Shown one piece after another: positions 19,010 through 28,812 of a stretch of DNA of 64,000 nucleotides (position 1 is its first letter; each line of letters begins with the position of its first letter). Origin of the DNA: Paracoccaceae bacterium. GTDB lineage: Bacteria > Pseudomonadota > Alphaproteobacteria > Rhodobacterales > Rhodobacteraceae. The notes below the pieces were generated by a model that was not told the origin of the DNA, searched no databases, and saw nothing but the letters and a program-made list of their open reading frames with translations. The translations under genes were made by a program, and so were the position numbers. The stretch covers positions 1,853-65,852 of the forward strand of contig CANIKY010000003.1 in NCBI GenBank assembly GCA_947468085.1, given 5' to 3'.

Positions 19010-21295
19010 TTACCGCGCCTGTGACCGGAGTTTGTCCGGTGTCGTGTCAGCTACTACCATGCCCTGCTCCATAACGATCACACGGTCGACTAACTCTAAA
19101 ATTGTGTTTCGGTGCGTAACTATAACCAAAGTTCTATCCTTGGCCCAAGCGCTTAGGCGGCTAAGCACGATCTTTTCTGTCGAGGTATCCATTGATGCCG
19201 TCGGTTCATCAAGAATAAGAATACTGGGAGCATGCAGCATCGCGCGCGCTAAGCTAATTGACTGGCGTTGACCACCAGAAATACCTTCACCACGTTCTTT
19301 CAATACTAAATCGTATCCCTGTGGATGACTTGATAAGAAGTCATCTACCCCAGCGGTCCGAGCAACCGAAAGTATGTGAGCGTCGTCGTATTCGTAAAAA
19401 CCCATCTGCAGGTTTTCTTTAACGGAGCCAGAAAATAGCCAAGTTTCTTGAAGCATAACGCCAATGTTTCGTCGTACATCCGACCTATCTAGTTGTCGCA
19501 AATCCACGCCATCAATCAAAATTGCACCCTCGCTGGGTTCAATTAAGCCTGAGATCAATCGCGACACAGTAGATTTACCTGATCCCATTTTGCCGAGTAT
19601 TGCCACTTTCTGCCCCGCTGGAATCTTCAGGGACAAATTACGTATGATAGGGCTACTCGCACCAGGAAAGCTGTAGGTTACACCCTTAACTTCAATACTG
19701 CCGTCGATATGCGGTCGGCTGAGTCGAGCGTGTACTTCGTTTGAAGCGCCATCACTTGGATTCATTACGGAAGAAAGCGATCGATAAGCCTCGCGCGCAC
19801 CATTGGCGCGGGACAACGCAGCCGCGAGTTGCGATAATGGACCCAGCGCACGGCCGCCTAGCATCACAGCGGCGATCATAGAGCCCATCGTTATTGTGCC
19901 CGCTTGGATAAGAAACACGCCGTAGAATATTGTAGCTATCTGAGCAAATTGTTGAAGTGATGCTGCAGAGTTAATCGCAAAGTTCGAAAGTAATCTACTT
20001 TTCAGGCCAAGATTGGATTGGGCATCTGCTGCTTCTTCAAACCGTCGACGCATCATTCGACCCGAGCCTGTAGCTTGAACCGTTTCTAGCCCCGTGAGGG
20101 TTTCAACAAGAACGCCTTGCTTTGACATATTACTTTGCATCGAGCCTTGGGTGACCCGAGCAAGAAAAGGCTGAATGACGAGACCCGTCAAAATAACTAG
20201 TGGCACGGCGATCAAGGGAATGATCGCAAGAGGCCCAGCGATCATCCAAATCACCCAAATGAACAAGAAGATGAAGGGTAGGTCAATCACTGCAATCAAC
20301 GTTGCAGACGTAAAAAACTCCCGAAGAGTATCAAATTCACGAACGATGCTAGCCATGGCCCCTGACATTTGACGACGGTTGTCAAGTTTCATCGTAATAA
20401 TCTTTTCAAATATCAATCGTGACATTCGTGCATCGGCTCGTTTGCCAGCTTTGTCCACGAACTGCGCTCGGAGCGTCTTGATTAGGAAATCAAACCCGAG
20501 GGCGATAAGTACCCCAATTGTAAGCGCAATCAATGACTCAATCGCCTCGTTTGGTACAACGCTATTGTAAACCACCATGATGAAGAGAGAAGTTGAAAGT
20601 CCCAGAAAGTTAGACAAGGCAGCAGCGATCAATACTTGTACGTAGATCCACTTTCCTTGCAGCAGCGAGCCAAACAACCAATCGTTCTTTCTTTTCAATC
20701 TATCGGCAACATGTACTTTGCGTGCAAAAATGAAGTACGGTTCGAGTTGTTCAGTCAGTTTATCTTTTACAAATCGTTGATCAATTATTTTTGCATCATC
20801 CTCAAACCGGCGCACAAGAAGAAAGTCCTGTTCATCTTTTGAGTGAATGACCACAGGCGCTCCTGTTTTGAGAAAGCCAATGGCTGGCAGGTGTCCGTCC
20901 TTAAGTTTCTTTGGGTGCATCTCGCCGTAACTTGCCTGAAAGCCTGCATGATTAAGAGCCGCAACTGCCGATATGGGATTAAAGCTTGCAGTGTTCAATT
21001 CAGGCAAATCACGCACGGCCCCGATGGAAAACCTTTGTCCCGACAGTGACAGTATATGCTGCACAGCAAGTATTAACGGCGGGGAAGGAATTGCACTTCC
21101 GTGGGAATTACTGCGGCTTTCGGCAGTGGTCAAACCTGAACCCAAAAATTTTTCATTTTCACTGCTGTGCTGAGCAGTGGGTTCAGGATCATTGATCTGT
21201 TCCAGTACTACGCTGACGATCGCATCACGTTCGTCGCCGTCAGTATTGACAGAAGCGGCAACCGAAGAAGTGCCTGCGACATCACCTTTCACCAT
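19010..21295 (-). CDS. Type I secretion ABC permease/ATPase (LapB/HlyB-like, with C39-like domain)
   Basis: C39-like N-domain with no evident catalytic Cys, 'VYNSVVPNEA', Walker A GKMGSGKS, ISGGQRQ, LILDEPT. Confidence 0.95.
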   Translation of the reverse strand: MVKGDVAGTSSVAASVNTDGDERDAIVSVVLEQINDPEPTAQHSSENEKFLGSGLTTAESRSNSHGSAIPSPPLILAVQHILSLSGQRFSIGAVRDLPELNTASFNPISAVAALNHAGFQASYGEMHPKKLKDGHLPAIGFLKTGAPVVIHSKDEQDFLLVRRFEDDAKIIDQRFVKDKLTEQLEPYFIFARKVHVADRLKRKNDWLFGSLLQGKWIYVQVLIAAALSNFLGLSTSLFIMVVYNSVVPNEAIESLIALTIGVLIALGFDFLIKTLRAQFVDKAGKRADARMSRLIFEKIITMKLDNRRQMSGAMASIVREFDTLREFFTSATLIAVIDLPFIFLFIWVIWMIAGPLAIIPLIAVPLVILTGLVIQPFLARVTQGSMQSNMSKQGVLVETLTGLETVQATGSGRMMRRRFEEAADAQSNLGLKSRLLSNFAINSAASLQQFAQIATIFYGVFLIQAGTITMGSMIAAVMLGGRALGPLSQLAAALSRANGAREAYRSLSSVMNPSDGASNEVHARLSRPHIDGSIEVKGVTYSFPGASSPIIRNLSLKIPAGQKVAILGKMGSGKSTVSRLISGLIEPSEGAILIDGVDLRQLDRSDVRRNIGVMLQETWLFSGSVKENLQMGFYEYDDAHILSVARTAGVDDFLSSHPQGYDLVLKERGEGISGGQRQSISLARAMLHAPSILILDEPTASMDTSTEKIVLSRLSAWAKDRTLVIVTHRNTILELVDRVIVMEQGMVVADTTPDKLRSQAR

Positions 21296-21350
21296 AATCT
21301 GAAATTCCTGTATTGTTCAGACCGATCAACGGTCAAGGTATAAACGGAAA

Positions 21351-22805
21351 TCAAAGTCCAAGCTTGCGACTTAATTCACCGGTACGCGACCCTATAACCA
21401 GCAGCAACAAATCATACTCTGCTTTCATAGTGACCATCTGATCACGCGCACGGAAATTCCGGATTTTCGTATCAATCAACTGACGCAGGTCCGACTGGCC
21501 AGTAGCAATCTCTGATTGAGCGGTATCAATTTCAGTTTCTGAGAGGCGTATTTTCTCATCTATCAATGGCATTGATTTTTCAAGCGCTTTCAATCTGCTC
21601 ATTGCAACATTTAACTCTGTTTCCAACAGATGCTGCGCCTCGTTTAAAGCTGCTTGTGTGCTGTCAAGTTGCGATTTTGCTGCATTCAACTGAGCTTTCC
21701 TGCGCCCACCATCCGTGAACGTGTAGTTGAATACTAAACCGATAGAAGCGTCACTGCTTTGATCGCTCTTTAGTGGTGTAGTTAGCCCGGCCTGTATCCG
21801 TGCACGGGGGCGGAAATTGGATTCAGCGACGGCTAATGATTGTTGAGCGATCAATACCGCTGAGGCGCTGCGCTGTAAGCTTGGCGACTGGCGCCAACCA
21901 GCTGCCACCTCGTGCGCTGCAGCATATTTTATGACCTGTTCAGGCGGCGAAATGTTATTTGGGTTCTGTTTATAGTAGTGTTCAAACTGTGACTTTGCCT
22001 CGTCAAGGCTTGTTTTCAGCTGAAGTTCCTCAAGCGTGAAATCCATGGCCTGACTGCGTGCGCTATCTAGGGCGGAACGCCCTATCATGCCATTTTGTTC
22101 CATTCGTTCCATTTGAGCAATTAGCGTCTCCATCTCTGCTCTTCGAGAGGCAAGCAGGTTAAGACGCTCACTAAATTGCCAGAAATCAATCCAAGCCCGC
22201 GCTGCGGCGAGGGCGGTGGTATTTCCTTGAACCATGCGATCGGCCTGAGCGCCCAATGCCTCTGCAGTCGCAATATTTGTGGTTGCAGCACTTTCGCCGC
22301 CATCAAATACCAACTGAGACAGCGTAACACCACCGGCAATCCCAGCGTCTCCAGATGCGGTGGAACTTCCAATCGGTCCTATGGCACCGACATTCGCATT
22401 ACTGGAAACTTGTGCCCGCCTCGCACTGGAGGCCACTAAAATGCGGCTCTTGGCGGCTTCTTCAAGCGCCATAGCCGCGCGATAACCTTCGTTCATCGTT
22501 ACCGCAGAGCGAAGCGCAGATTGAAAGCCCTTTGAAACATCCACAGGGTTAATCTGTGAAGAGGGGCTGGTAGTTCCACCTGCTGCAAGCTCAGCTGTGA
22601 CACCTTTGGACATGTTGTCTATATCGATGGGTTTTTCGCCACATGCTGTCAAAGACACGGCAAGGAAAGACACGCACATAATTTTGAATATGCTGACGGG
22701 CCGCATTGGGTTGAACCTGTTCATTGGTTCTGCGGGGATTTTGCGCTGCAAATCCATATTTGAAACGATCGTCAATGTCTGCACGGAAACCAGTTTGTTA
22801 GGCAT
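21351..22805 (-). CDS. TolC-family outer-membrane channel (lipobox LTAC)
   Basis: OEP helical repeats, 'QLVFDGG'. Start uncertain: ATG 22805 overlaps the upstream stop, while ATG 22706 gives the best lipoprotein signal. Confidence 0.88.
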   Translation of the reverse strand: MPNKLVSVQTLTIVSNMDLQRKIPAEPMNRFNPMRPVSIFKIMCVSFLAVSLTACGEKPIDIDNMSKGVTAELAAGGTTSPSSQINPVDVSKGFQSALRSAVTMNEGYRAAMALEEAAKSRILVASSARRAQVSSNANVGAIGPIGSSTASGDAGIAGGVTLSQLVFDGGESAATTNIATAEALGAQADRMVQGNTTALAAARAWIDFWQFSERLNLLASRRAEMETLIAQMERMEQNGMIGRSALDSARSQAMDFTLEELQLKTSLDEAKSQFEHYYKQNPNNISPPEQVIKYAAAHEVAAGWRQSPSLQRSASAVLIAQQSLAVAESNFRPRARIQAGLTTPLKSDQSSDASIGLVFNYTFTDGGRRKAQLNAAKSQLDSTQAALNEAQHLLETELNVAMSRLKALEKSMPLIDEKIRLSETEIDTAQSEIATGQSDLRQLIDTKIRNFRARDQMVTMKAEYDLLLLVIGSRTGELSRKLGL

Positions 22806-23034
22806 TTTTGTCCGCCTTTGCACCCGACACAGCGCCGACAAGTTTGCCGGTGGCTTGCAGTTCTGCCTTCAGTTGCTCAGTAAATCCTGTCTTAGCCATT
22901 TGGTAAACAGCGATCTCTTGGTTTATCTTCTGCATCTGACTTTTTACCAACTGAAGTCCAGACAAATTGGCTCTTCCAGCATCGCTCAAATCTTCCGAGT
23001 GGAACTCGATCCCATCAATCTTGATTCTAGGCAT
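22798..23034 (-). CDS. Small DUF6447-like protein (78 aa)
   Basis: 'IKIDGIEF..EDLSD.GRANL..LQ.V..QM.KI.QEIAVYQ.AK' matches my recollection of the DUF6447 pattern; lies in operon position. Confidence 0.7.
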   Translation of the reverse strand: MPRIKIDGIEFHSEDLSDAGRANLSGLQLVKSQMQKINQEIAVYQMAKTGFTEQLKAELQATGKLVGAVSGAKADKNA

Positions 23035-23049
23035 ACATTCTCTCCGGCG

Positions 23050-23280
23050 TCACTCTTCACCCAAAATCGAACGCAAATCCACACCGGTCTTGTTTCGGAC
23101 AATTTCTATCTTAAGGTCAGAAACGTAGGTGTTCATAGCCTTCGTAAGCAGTACCTGCTGTTTGCGCAACTCTAATAATCGGGCTTCGACAAAGGAAAGG
23201 TTTTTTATCGTCACTTTCCCTTGATCGGTAAGATCATCTTCTTTGACGTCGTGTCCATCTAACCTGATGCGCAAGCTCAT
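23050..23280 (-). CDS. Second small DUF6447-like protein (76 aa)
   Basis: 'IRLDG..V.EDDLTD.GK..IKNL.FVEARL.EL..Q..LL.KA.NTYV..LK' has the same hairpin-plus-helix layout as its neighbour; GGAG RBS before ATG 23280. Confidence 0.65.
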   Translation of the reverse strand: MSLRIRLDGHDVKEDDLTDQGKVTIKNLSFVEARLLELRKQQVLLTKAMNTYVSDLKIEIVRNKTGVDLRSILGEE

Positions 23281-23386
23281 TGATCTTAACACTCCATGTT
23301 TTTGGGGGAATGGTGGTCAGGTGACGTCAAAGCCTATGACCTGGCAGATGCGATTAAGGCGTTTGAAGGGCTGTCTTATCAAATTT

Positions 23387-23411
23387 TTAGGGCCGCAAAA
23401 AGCGGCCCTAA
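23387..23411 (-). terminator. Stem-loop after the large RTX gene (terminator or mRNA-stabilising hairpin)
   Basis: TTAGGGCCGC-N5-GCGGCCCTAA, a perfect 10-bp stem about 50 bp past the stop codon; weak U-tract. Confidence 0.6.
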
Positions 23412-23461
23412 GGTAGTCAGTTATGTAATCGCATTTGAGAGCGACTTTGGCACAGTTTACA

Positions 23462-26400
23462 TCAAATACCGGTAAACTGCAGGATCTTGTCATCATCGGT
23501 TGTTGTCACGTCTACGAAGTAATCGAACTTGATAATCGTGTCATCACCACTGTTTGTGTCGAAAGCCCCATCTGCGTTGGCGTCCATCAGCACATAAGTG
23601 TTCCCGTCAGCATGGGTCACTAGGATGTTCGAACTTGCTTCGTTGAACACACCATTGTCAGCGGCAGCTGCCATCATGTCTTCAAATGACCCGTAGTCGG
23701 TGTCGTCTGTTGCCAGTTCAGACGGGCCCTCTTCGCCAATGCTCGTCAGGTCAAGGGTTCCGTAGCCGTCGCCAATCGTATCCATGGCGTCAGCGTTAGA
23801 GTCTTCGACAGATGTGAACACGTAGGTGTCGTCACCGCCGTCACCGTCCAAATAGTCAGCGCCACTTCCGCCTGATAGACGGTCGTCATGATACCCGCCG
23901 TAAAGCGTGTCGTCACCATCACCGCCGGCCAAGGTGTCTTCATCGTCAGAACCTTCCAGTAGGTCGTTACCGGCGTCACCGTTAATAGAGTCAGCGCCAT
24001 AATAACCGTACAACTCGTCGTCACCATCACCGCCGGCCACGGTGTCATCACCCCAATCGGCGTTCAGTTCGTCGTTACCGGCGCCACCTATCAAGGAGTC
24101 TTCATCATCCCCGCCGTTGATATAGTCGTCGCCCTCACCGCCGGCCAAGATGTCATCACCATCTTCGCCGTACATTTCTTCATCGCCGGCGTCACCCATT
24201 ACAGAGTCATTACCATCGCCAGCCTCGATATAGTCATCACCCTCACCGCCGGCCACGGTGTCGTCACCGTCACCGCCGTACAGCTCGTCACCACCGGCGT
24301 CACCCATCAAAGAGTCGTCGCCGCCGTTACCCTCGATATTGTCGTAAACAGCACCGCCATACACGGTGTCATTGCCACTGCCAGTTTGGATATCATCGCC
24401 GCGCGCCCCGCCGTAGACGGTTAGGTTGGCGTTAATATCCCTCAGATCCATGTCTTCAGAGAAGGCGCTGCCGTAGACAGTGAGATCAGAGATATTGTTA
24501 TCCAACCGGTGCCAATTGGCTTCAGACCCTTTCAGATCCTGGAAGTCGACGCTGGCCGTGAATTGGTTGTCATACTCGTCGTCGTCGGCATTCAATCTAA
24601 ACAGCGAGGCTGCGTCTGTTTCAGTAATGTTCGCAGTCACCGCCCCATCCGTCAGGGCAGCAATCGCAAGTGCCTGGGTAACAGTGATGGACTCTTCCAT
24701 GACAGTGACATTCACATCGTCGCCGACGTAGCCGTTGTCGTTTTCTAGCAGGTTCTCATAGGTGTCAGCGATCCCGTCTTCAGCATAATTCAGGTCAGCG
24801 TTGCCATTGGCATCATCGGCAGCGGCAACCTGGGCTAGGGTTGCGGCATCTGTGAACGTTATGTCGATGCCGTTTAGATCAATATCGCCAACATTTGCCG
24901 CAATATTCGCGGCACTGTCCAAGATATCTGTGAAGTGGACCCATCCGATGCCATTCATCGCATTCATCTGGGTGATGTCATCAAGCGAAGCACCCGTAAC
25001 GTTGATGTTAAAGTTCGCCGGGCTGTCAATGTCAGCTTGCGACAGGGCGTACAGATCTTCGATTGATCCTGAGATTTCTGTCACCCCGGTCGCATCGATC
25101 ATGACACCAGTTTTGTCAATCAGATCCAACAGATCGTCAGCGTCAGCTGCACCGGTAACTGTCAGTGTCAGCATGTCATCGCTGTCAGTGTCGTCGAGAT
25201 CAATATTAAGGCTCGCAGCCGTACCAGAAGTTACAGTTGCGGTTACCACGCCCTCGGTCGCGGCACACAGCAAGTTGGCGTTGGTTGCCGAGATAGCCGC
25301 GCCAGTCACAGTGACGGCCACATCTCCAGATACCCAGTCATTAACACCATTATCTTCTGAGAGATCGATAAGGTGGGTGGCGGTGTCACTGATCGCGTCA
25401 TAAGACAAATTGTCAGGATCAGCGTTTGATATTGCCTCCAGTTGGTCGATCGTGGCTGCGTTTGTCACGGTCACATCATCCGCGCCGTCCAAGTACGCGC
25501 CGCCAGCGTTCAGAAGATGGCCCGCAGTATCGCTGAGGTCGTAGAATAGTTGAAAGTCCCCCATCAGATCTAAAGCGTGAATTTGATCAACAGTGGCGTT
25601 TTCAAGCACGTCAACGTTCAAGACACCATGAACCCAATCACTTGCAAGAAGGTCTGCGATAGTGCCGCTTACAAAATCATAGCTCACGTCACCAGTTGTG
25701 GCGTCAGCTATCGTATCAAGATCGGAAACCAACGCGTAGTAGCCTGTTACGTCAGCATCAAAGTTGGCCTTCAAAGTGATGTCGCCATATTCAATGATTT
25801 GCACAATGTCAGCAGCCGGTCCAGCAATCGCCACTACCGCCGACGCATTGATCGTCTCACCAGTTCTGTCATCCAAGAAAATCAGATCCGCAGCGCTGGT
25901 CTCGGCGTCGAGCACTGTCAGTGACAGCATGTCATCGCCGTTGGCGTGACTGAGGTCACCGCGAAGGTTCTCAGCCGTATCAGCAGTTACAGTTGCGGTT
26001 ACCACTCCGCCTGTCGCATCGCAGATTGTGTTGGCGTCTTCAGCGGAAATCGCGGCGTCCGTTACAGTGACGTTAACACTGCCATATACCCAGCTTTCGA
26101 GATCATCGTTAATGTTCTCGAAAGTGTCGCTGATCGCGTCATAACTAAAACCATCTCCTACAGCGTTAGCGATCGTAGACAGTTGGTCGATCGTGGCTGC
26201 GTTTGTCACGGTCACATAATCGGCGTCTGACAAGTAATTGCTGGCAGCGATCGTAAGAAGATGGCTCGCTGTGTCAGCAAGGTTGAAGGTCAATTCACCG
26301 TCCGTCATCAGGTCTAAGTCGGCAATTTGATCGACAGTGGCGTCGTCACTCACGGTGACGTCCAAGTCCACGTCGCCCTCGTAGTCAGTAATCCAGTCAC

Positions 26401-28729
26401 TCACTAAAAGGTCTGCGATGTCTCCGCTTACGCTCGTATAGCTTATGGTTCCACTTGTCACCGCAGCAATCCCGTCAAGGTCTGAAAGCGACGGCGTACC
26501 TTCCACGACAACATCAAAGTCCTCATCCAAAGTGATGTCGGCGTCGCCAATGAGGCTCGCAGCAATGTCGTCGGCGTCTACTGTAATCTCTGTCACGCCT
26601 GATGCATCAATCGTTACATCAGTTTTATCATCCAGATCGAACAGTTGCGAGGCGCTAGCTGTACCGGTAACTGTCAGGGTAAGCATGTCATCGCTATCGG
26701 CGTCGCCGAGCGCAGCAAGTAGGTTTGACGCTGTATCAGGCGACACTGTGGCAGTAACCACATCGTTTGTGTTGTCGCAGATTGTGTTGGCGTCTTCAGC
26801 GTCAATCGCGCCGCCCGTCACAGTGACCTTCGGGTCATAGTTCCAGATATAGCTGACGTCAGCATCAACGTCGGCAAGAAGGTTGTCGATGCTGTCGCTG
26901 ATCGAAAACGTCACAAAATTCATGTTGTAAACTGCATCAATCGCTGTAAGTTGCGCGATGGTTGCCGGGTCAGTGATTTCAATTTCACGGGCGCTACTGA
27001 CGTAATGGCCATCGTTTGCGGCGAGGTTTTCCGCCGTATCCATCAGGACATAGTCAAGATCACCAGCGCCATTTAGGGCGTCAAGTTGAGCGATTTGATC
27101 AATTGTGATCAGGGCCCACTCCTCTGTCCGCTCGTCCCACGTTTGTATGTCGTAGCGGGTACCAAGATCGAGTGTTTCAGATGTTGATAAGGCCAACAGG
27201 TCTTCATACGACCCCCAAATATTCGTCACGCCTGTAGCATCAACCGTCGCGGTCGTAATCGCGGCAAGCGCTAGCAGGTCCGACGCAGCAAATTCGCCCT
27301 CCACTTCAAAGCTCCAAGCGTTCCCAGCTTCAAGGCTCAGAAGGTCATCGAGGAACCCATCAACAGAGTCTAGGTCCTCCACCACAGTTGCGGTGATCGC
27401 CACCTCAGTCGCTGCCGCGATGGCATCCGCCTGAGCGAAGGTGGTGTTTCCACTTGCCGTGACGCCCGTCGCATCTGCCAAGATCGAAGCATCAGCGTTG
27501 GCCAGATTTTCGCCCGAATCGAGCAGCGAGTAGGTGCCATCGTTCACGGTGATAGTGTCACGGTTTGTAGCGTCATCGACAACCGCACCGTTACGCACTG
27601 TTGCCTCAGCGGCATCTTGCGCGGCCGACAGACCGGCCACAGACGCGTTCGACACGTTAGCCGCCGTCAGCGATTCGTCGGTCAAGGTGTAAGACGTTGC
27701 GCCAGACAGCACGCCTTCGTCAGCGTCAGTCAAATTCTCCAGCGTATCGAGCAGCGTGTAGGTGACATTGCTGGTCAAATCATCTGCGTTTACAGCATTT
27801 TCTACAATAGTTTCAACTGCAGCAACATGATCTGCCAGTTCAGCGACAGTCCTTTCGCCAGCATCATAGTTCGCGTCGGCAAGCGCATAATGATCAGGGC
27901 TGGATCCATCATCTAGATAATTTGCAACCAATTCAGACAGGGTGAGCGTTGGCGGAGCCCCTGTTTCATCAACAACGTCTGCGCCTCCATCGTTGAGTTC
28001 CCGAATTTGATCAGCGGTCAACGATCCGGCCTCGGCTTCAAACGTAACCGTCACGCCCTCGCAAGCCGCCAATTTTGCCATTACGGCGTCAAAATCGTCA
28101 CCGACCGCAAATTCAACACGGATGTCCGCAGACGTTGCGCCCGAGCGCAGTTCGACATCAAGCAATGCAGCAAACTGATCGGCAGTGAGCACCGCTGTTG
28201 AGCCAAGGATCATCGTAACGCCATCGAAGGCTGAACTGTCGATGGCGGTAAAATCAACCGTGCCGTTTACAACTTCGATGATCGAGAAGCCCGTAATCGT
28301 GCTCGTGCCCGTCAATACCACAGTGTCTTCGGCGTTACCGTCAAGGAACTTGAACGACAACTTATCGCCACTTGCCGCGTCGCCCGTGGCAGTAATTTCT
28401 ATGCCGTCGTAGTGATTATCACCAGCAATGTCCGCAACGTTGATCACGGCACCAACGCTCGTGCCCTGGATCACGATTGGGCTTAGCATGTTCCCCGGGT
28501 TCAGCTGGGCAACGGTCGCTACCACCACAGGAGGTACCACAGGATCAGACGAAGACCCGCAGGCCGCCAAGGTCAGCAGCGTTGTCGAAAGGCCAATGCC
28601 ATTTGCAACAACTGCGGAATTTTTTCGAGTCAAAAGGGTTCTAACGCCTTCAGACCGACGCTCTAGAGGCTTCGGTGCCAGTGCATTAGATACGGCTTCC
28701 TTAGAACCAAACTCAAAATCTTTCGCCAT
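23462..28729 (-). CDS. Large acidic repeat-rich RTX/calcium-binding surface protein (adhesin or S-layer-like), T1SS substrate
   Basis: About 20 GGxGxD-type nonapeptides near the C-terminus, long D/T/A/V-rich beta repeats, no classical Sec signal, upstream of the T1SS genes. Confidence 0.92.
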   Translation of the reverse strand: MAKDFEFGSKEAVSNALAPKPLERRSEGVRTLLTRKNSAVVANGIGLSTTLLTLAACGSSSDPVVPPVVVATVAQLNPGNMLSPIVIQGTSVGAVINVADIAGDNHYDGIEITATGDAASGDKLSFKFLDGNAEDTVVLTGTSTITGFSIIEVVNGTVDFTAIDSSAFDGVTMILGSTAVLTADQFAALLDVELRSGATSADIRVEFAVGDDFDAVMAKLAACEGVTVTFEAEAGSLTADQIRELNDGGADVVDETGAPPTLTLSELVANYLDDGSSPDHYALADANYDAGERTVAELADHVAAVETIVENAVNADDLTSNVTYTLLDTLENLTDADEGVLSGATSYTLTDESLTAANVSNASVAGLSAAQDAAEATVRNGAVVDDATNRDTITVNDGTYSLLDSGENLANADASILADATGVTASGNTTFAQADAIAAATEVAITATVVEDLDSVDGFLDDLLSLEAGNAWSFEVEGEFAASDLLALAAITTATVDATGVTNIWGSYEDLLALSTSETLDLGTRYDIQTWDERTEEWALITIDQIAQLDALNGAGDLDYVLMDTAENLAANDGHYVSSAREIEITDPATIAQLTAIDAVYNMNFVTFSISDSIDNLLADVDADVSYIWNYDPKVTVTGGAIDAEDANTICDNTNDVVTATVSPDTASNLLAALGDADSDDMLTLTVTGTASASQLFDLDDKTDVTIDASGVTEITVDADDIAASLIGDADITLDEDFDVVVEGTPSLSDLDGIAAVTSGTISYTSVSGDIADLLVSDWITDYEGDVDLDVTVSDDATVDQIADLDLMTDGELTFNLADTASHLLTIAASNYLSDADYVTVTNAATIDQLSTIANAVGDGFSYDAISDTFENINDDLESWVYGSVNVTVTDAAISAEDANTICDATGGVVTATVTADTAENLRGDLSHANGDDMLSLTVLDAETSAADLIFLDDRTGETINASAVVAIAGPAADIVQIIEYGDITLKANFDADVTGYYALVSDLDTIADATTGDVSYDFVSGTIADLLASDWVHGVLNVDVLENATVDQIHALDLMGDFQLFYDLSDTAGHLLNAGGAYLDGADDVTVTNAATIDQLEAISNADPDNLSYDAISDTATHLIDLSEDNGVNDWVSGDVAVTVTGAAISATNANLLCAATEGVVTATVTSGTAASLNIDLDDTDSDDMLTLTVTGAADADDLLDLIDKTGVMIDATGVTEISGSIEDLYALSQADIDSPANFNINVTGASLDDITQMNAMNGIGWVHFTDILDSAANIAANVGDIDLNGIDITFTDAATLAQVAAADDANGNADLNYAEDGIADTYENLLENDNGYVGDDVNVTVMEESITVTQALAIAALTDGAVTANITETDAASLFRLNADDDEYDNQFTASVDFQDLKGSEANWHRLDNNISDLTVYGSAFSEDMDLRDINANLTVYGGARGDDIQTGSGNDTVYGGAVYDNIEGNGGDDSLMGDAGGDELYGGDGDDTVAGGEGDDYIEAGDGNDSVMGDAGDEEMYGEDGDDILAGGEGDDYINGGDDEDSLIGGAGNDELNADWGDDTVAGGDGDDELYGYYGADSINGDAGNDLLEGSDDEDTLAGGDGDDTLYGGYHDDRLSGGSGADYLDGDGGDDTYVFTSVEDSNADAMDTIGDGYGTLDLTSIGEEGPSELATDDTDYGSFEDMMAAAADNGVFNEASSNILVTHADGNTYVLMDANADGAFDTNSGDDTIIKFDYFVDVTTTDDDKILQFTGI
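23815..24415 (-). repeat. RTX (hemolysin-type Ca-binding) nonapeptide array
   Basis: Contiguous GGxGDDxL/AGGEGDDY repeats in the translation. Confidence 0.93.
25265..26801 (-). repeat. Internal ~252-aa (756-bp) tandem repeats in the RTX gene, three copies (anchor span)
   Basis: Repeat Cys codons at 25265, 26021 and 26777 (756-bp spacing). Identical 27-mer at 26019/26775 and identical 38-mer at 25439/26180. Confidence 0.9.
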
Positions 28730-28812
28730 TTGACCCGATTTCCTTTTTTTGCAGATGATTTACCCGATGGTTACCCTTTAACTCTGGACTAAGATCCATG
28801 AAAGGATAAAAG

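Noticed and set aside
23815-26801. Periodic DNA repeats as a CRISPR array
   Set aside because: They are in-frame, degenerate coding repeats with no repeat-spacer structure and no cas genes.
28778-28792. TTAA-N7-CTAA as a CtrA box upstream of the RTX gene
   Set aside because: One half-site is imperfect and the region is AT-rich, so a chance match is likely.
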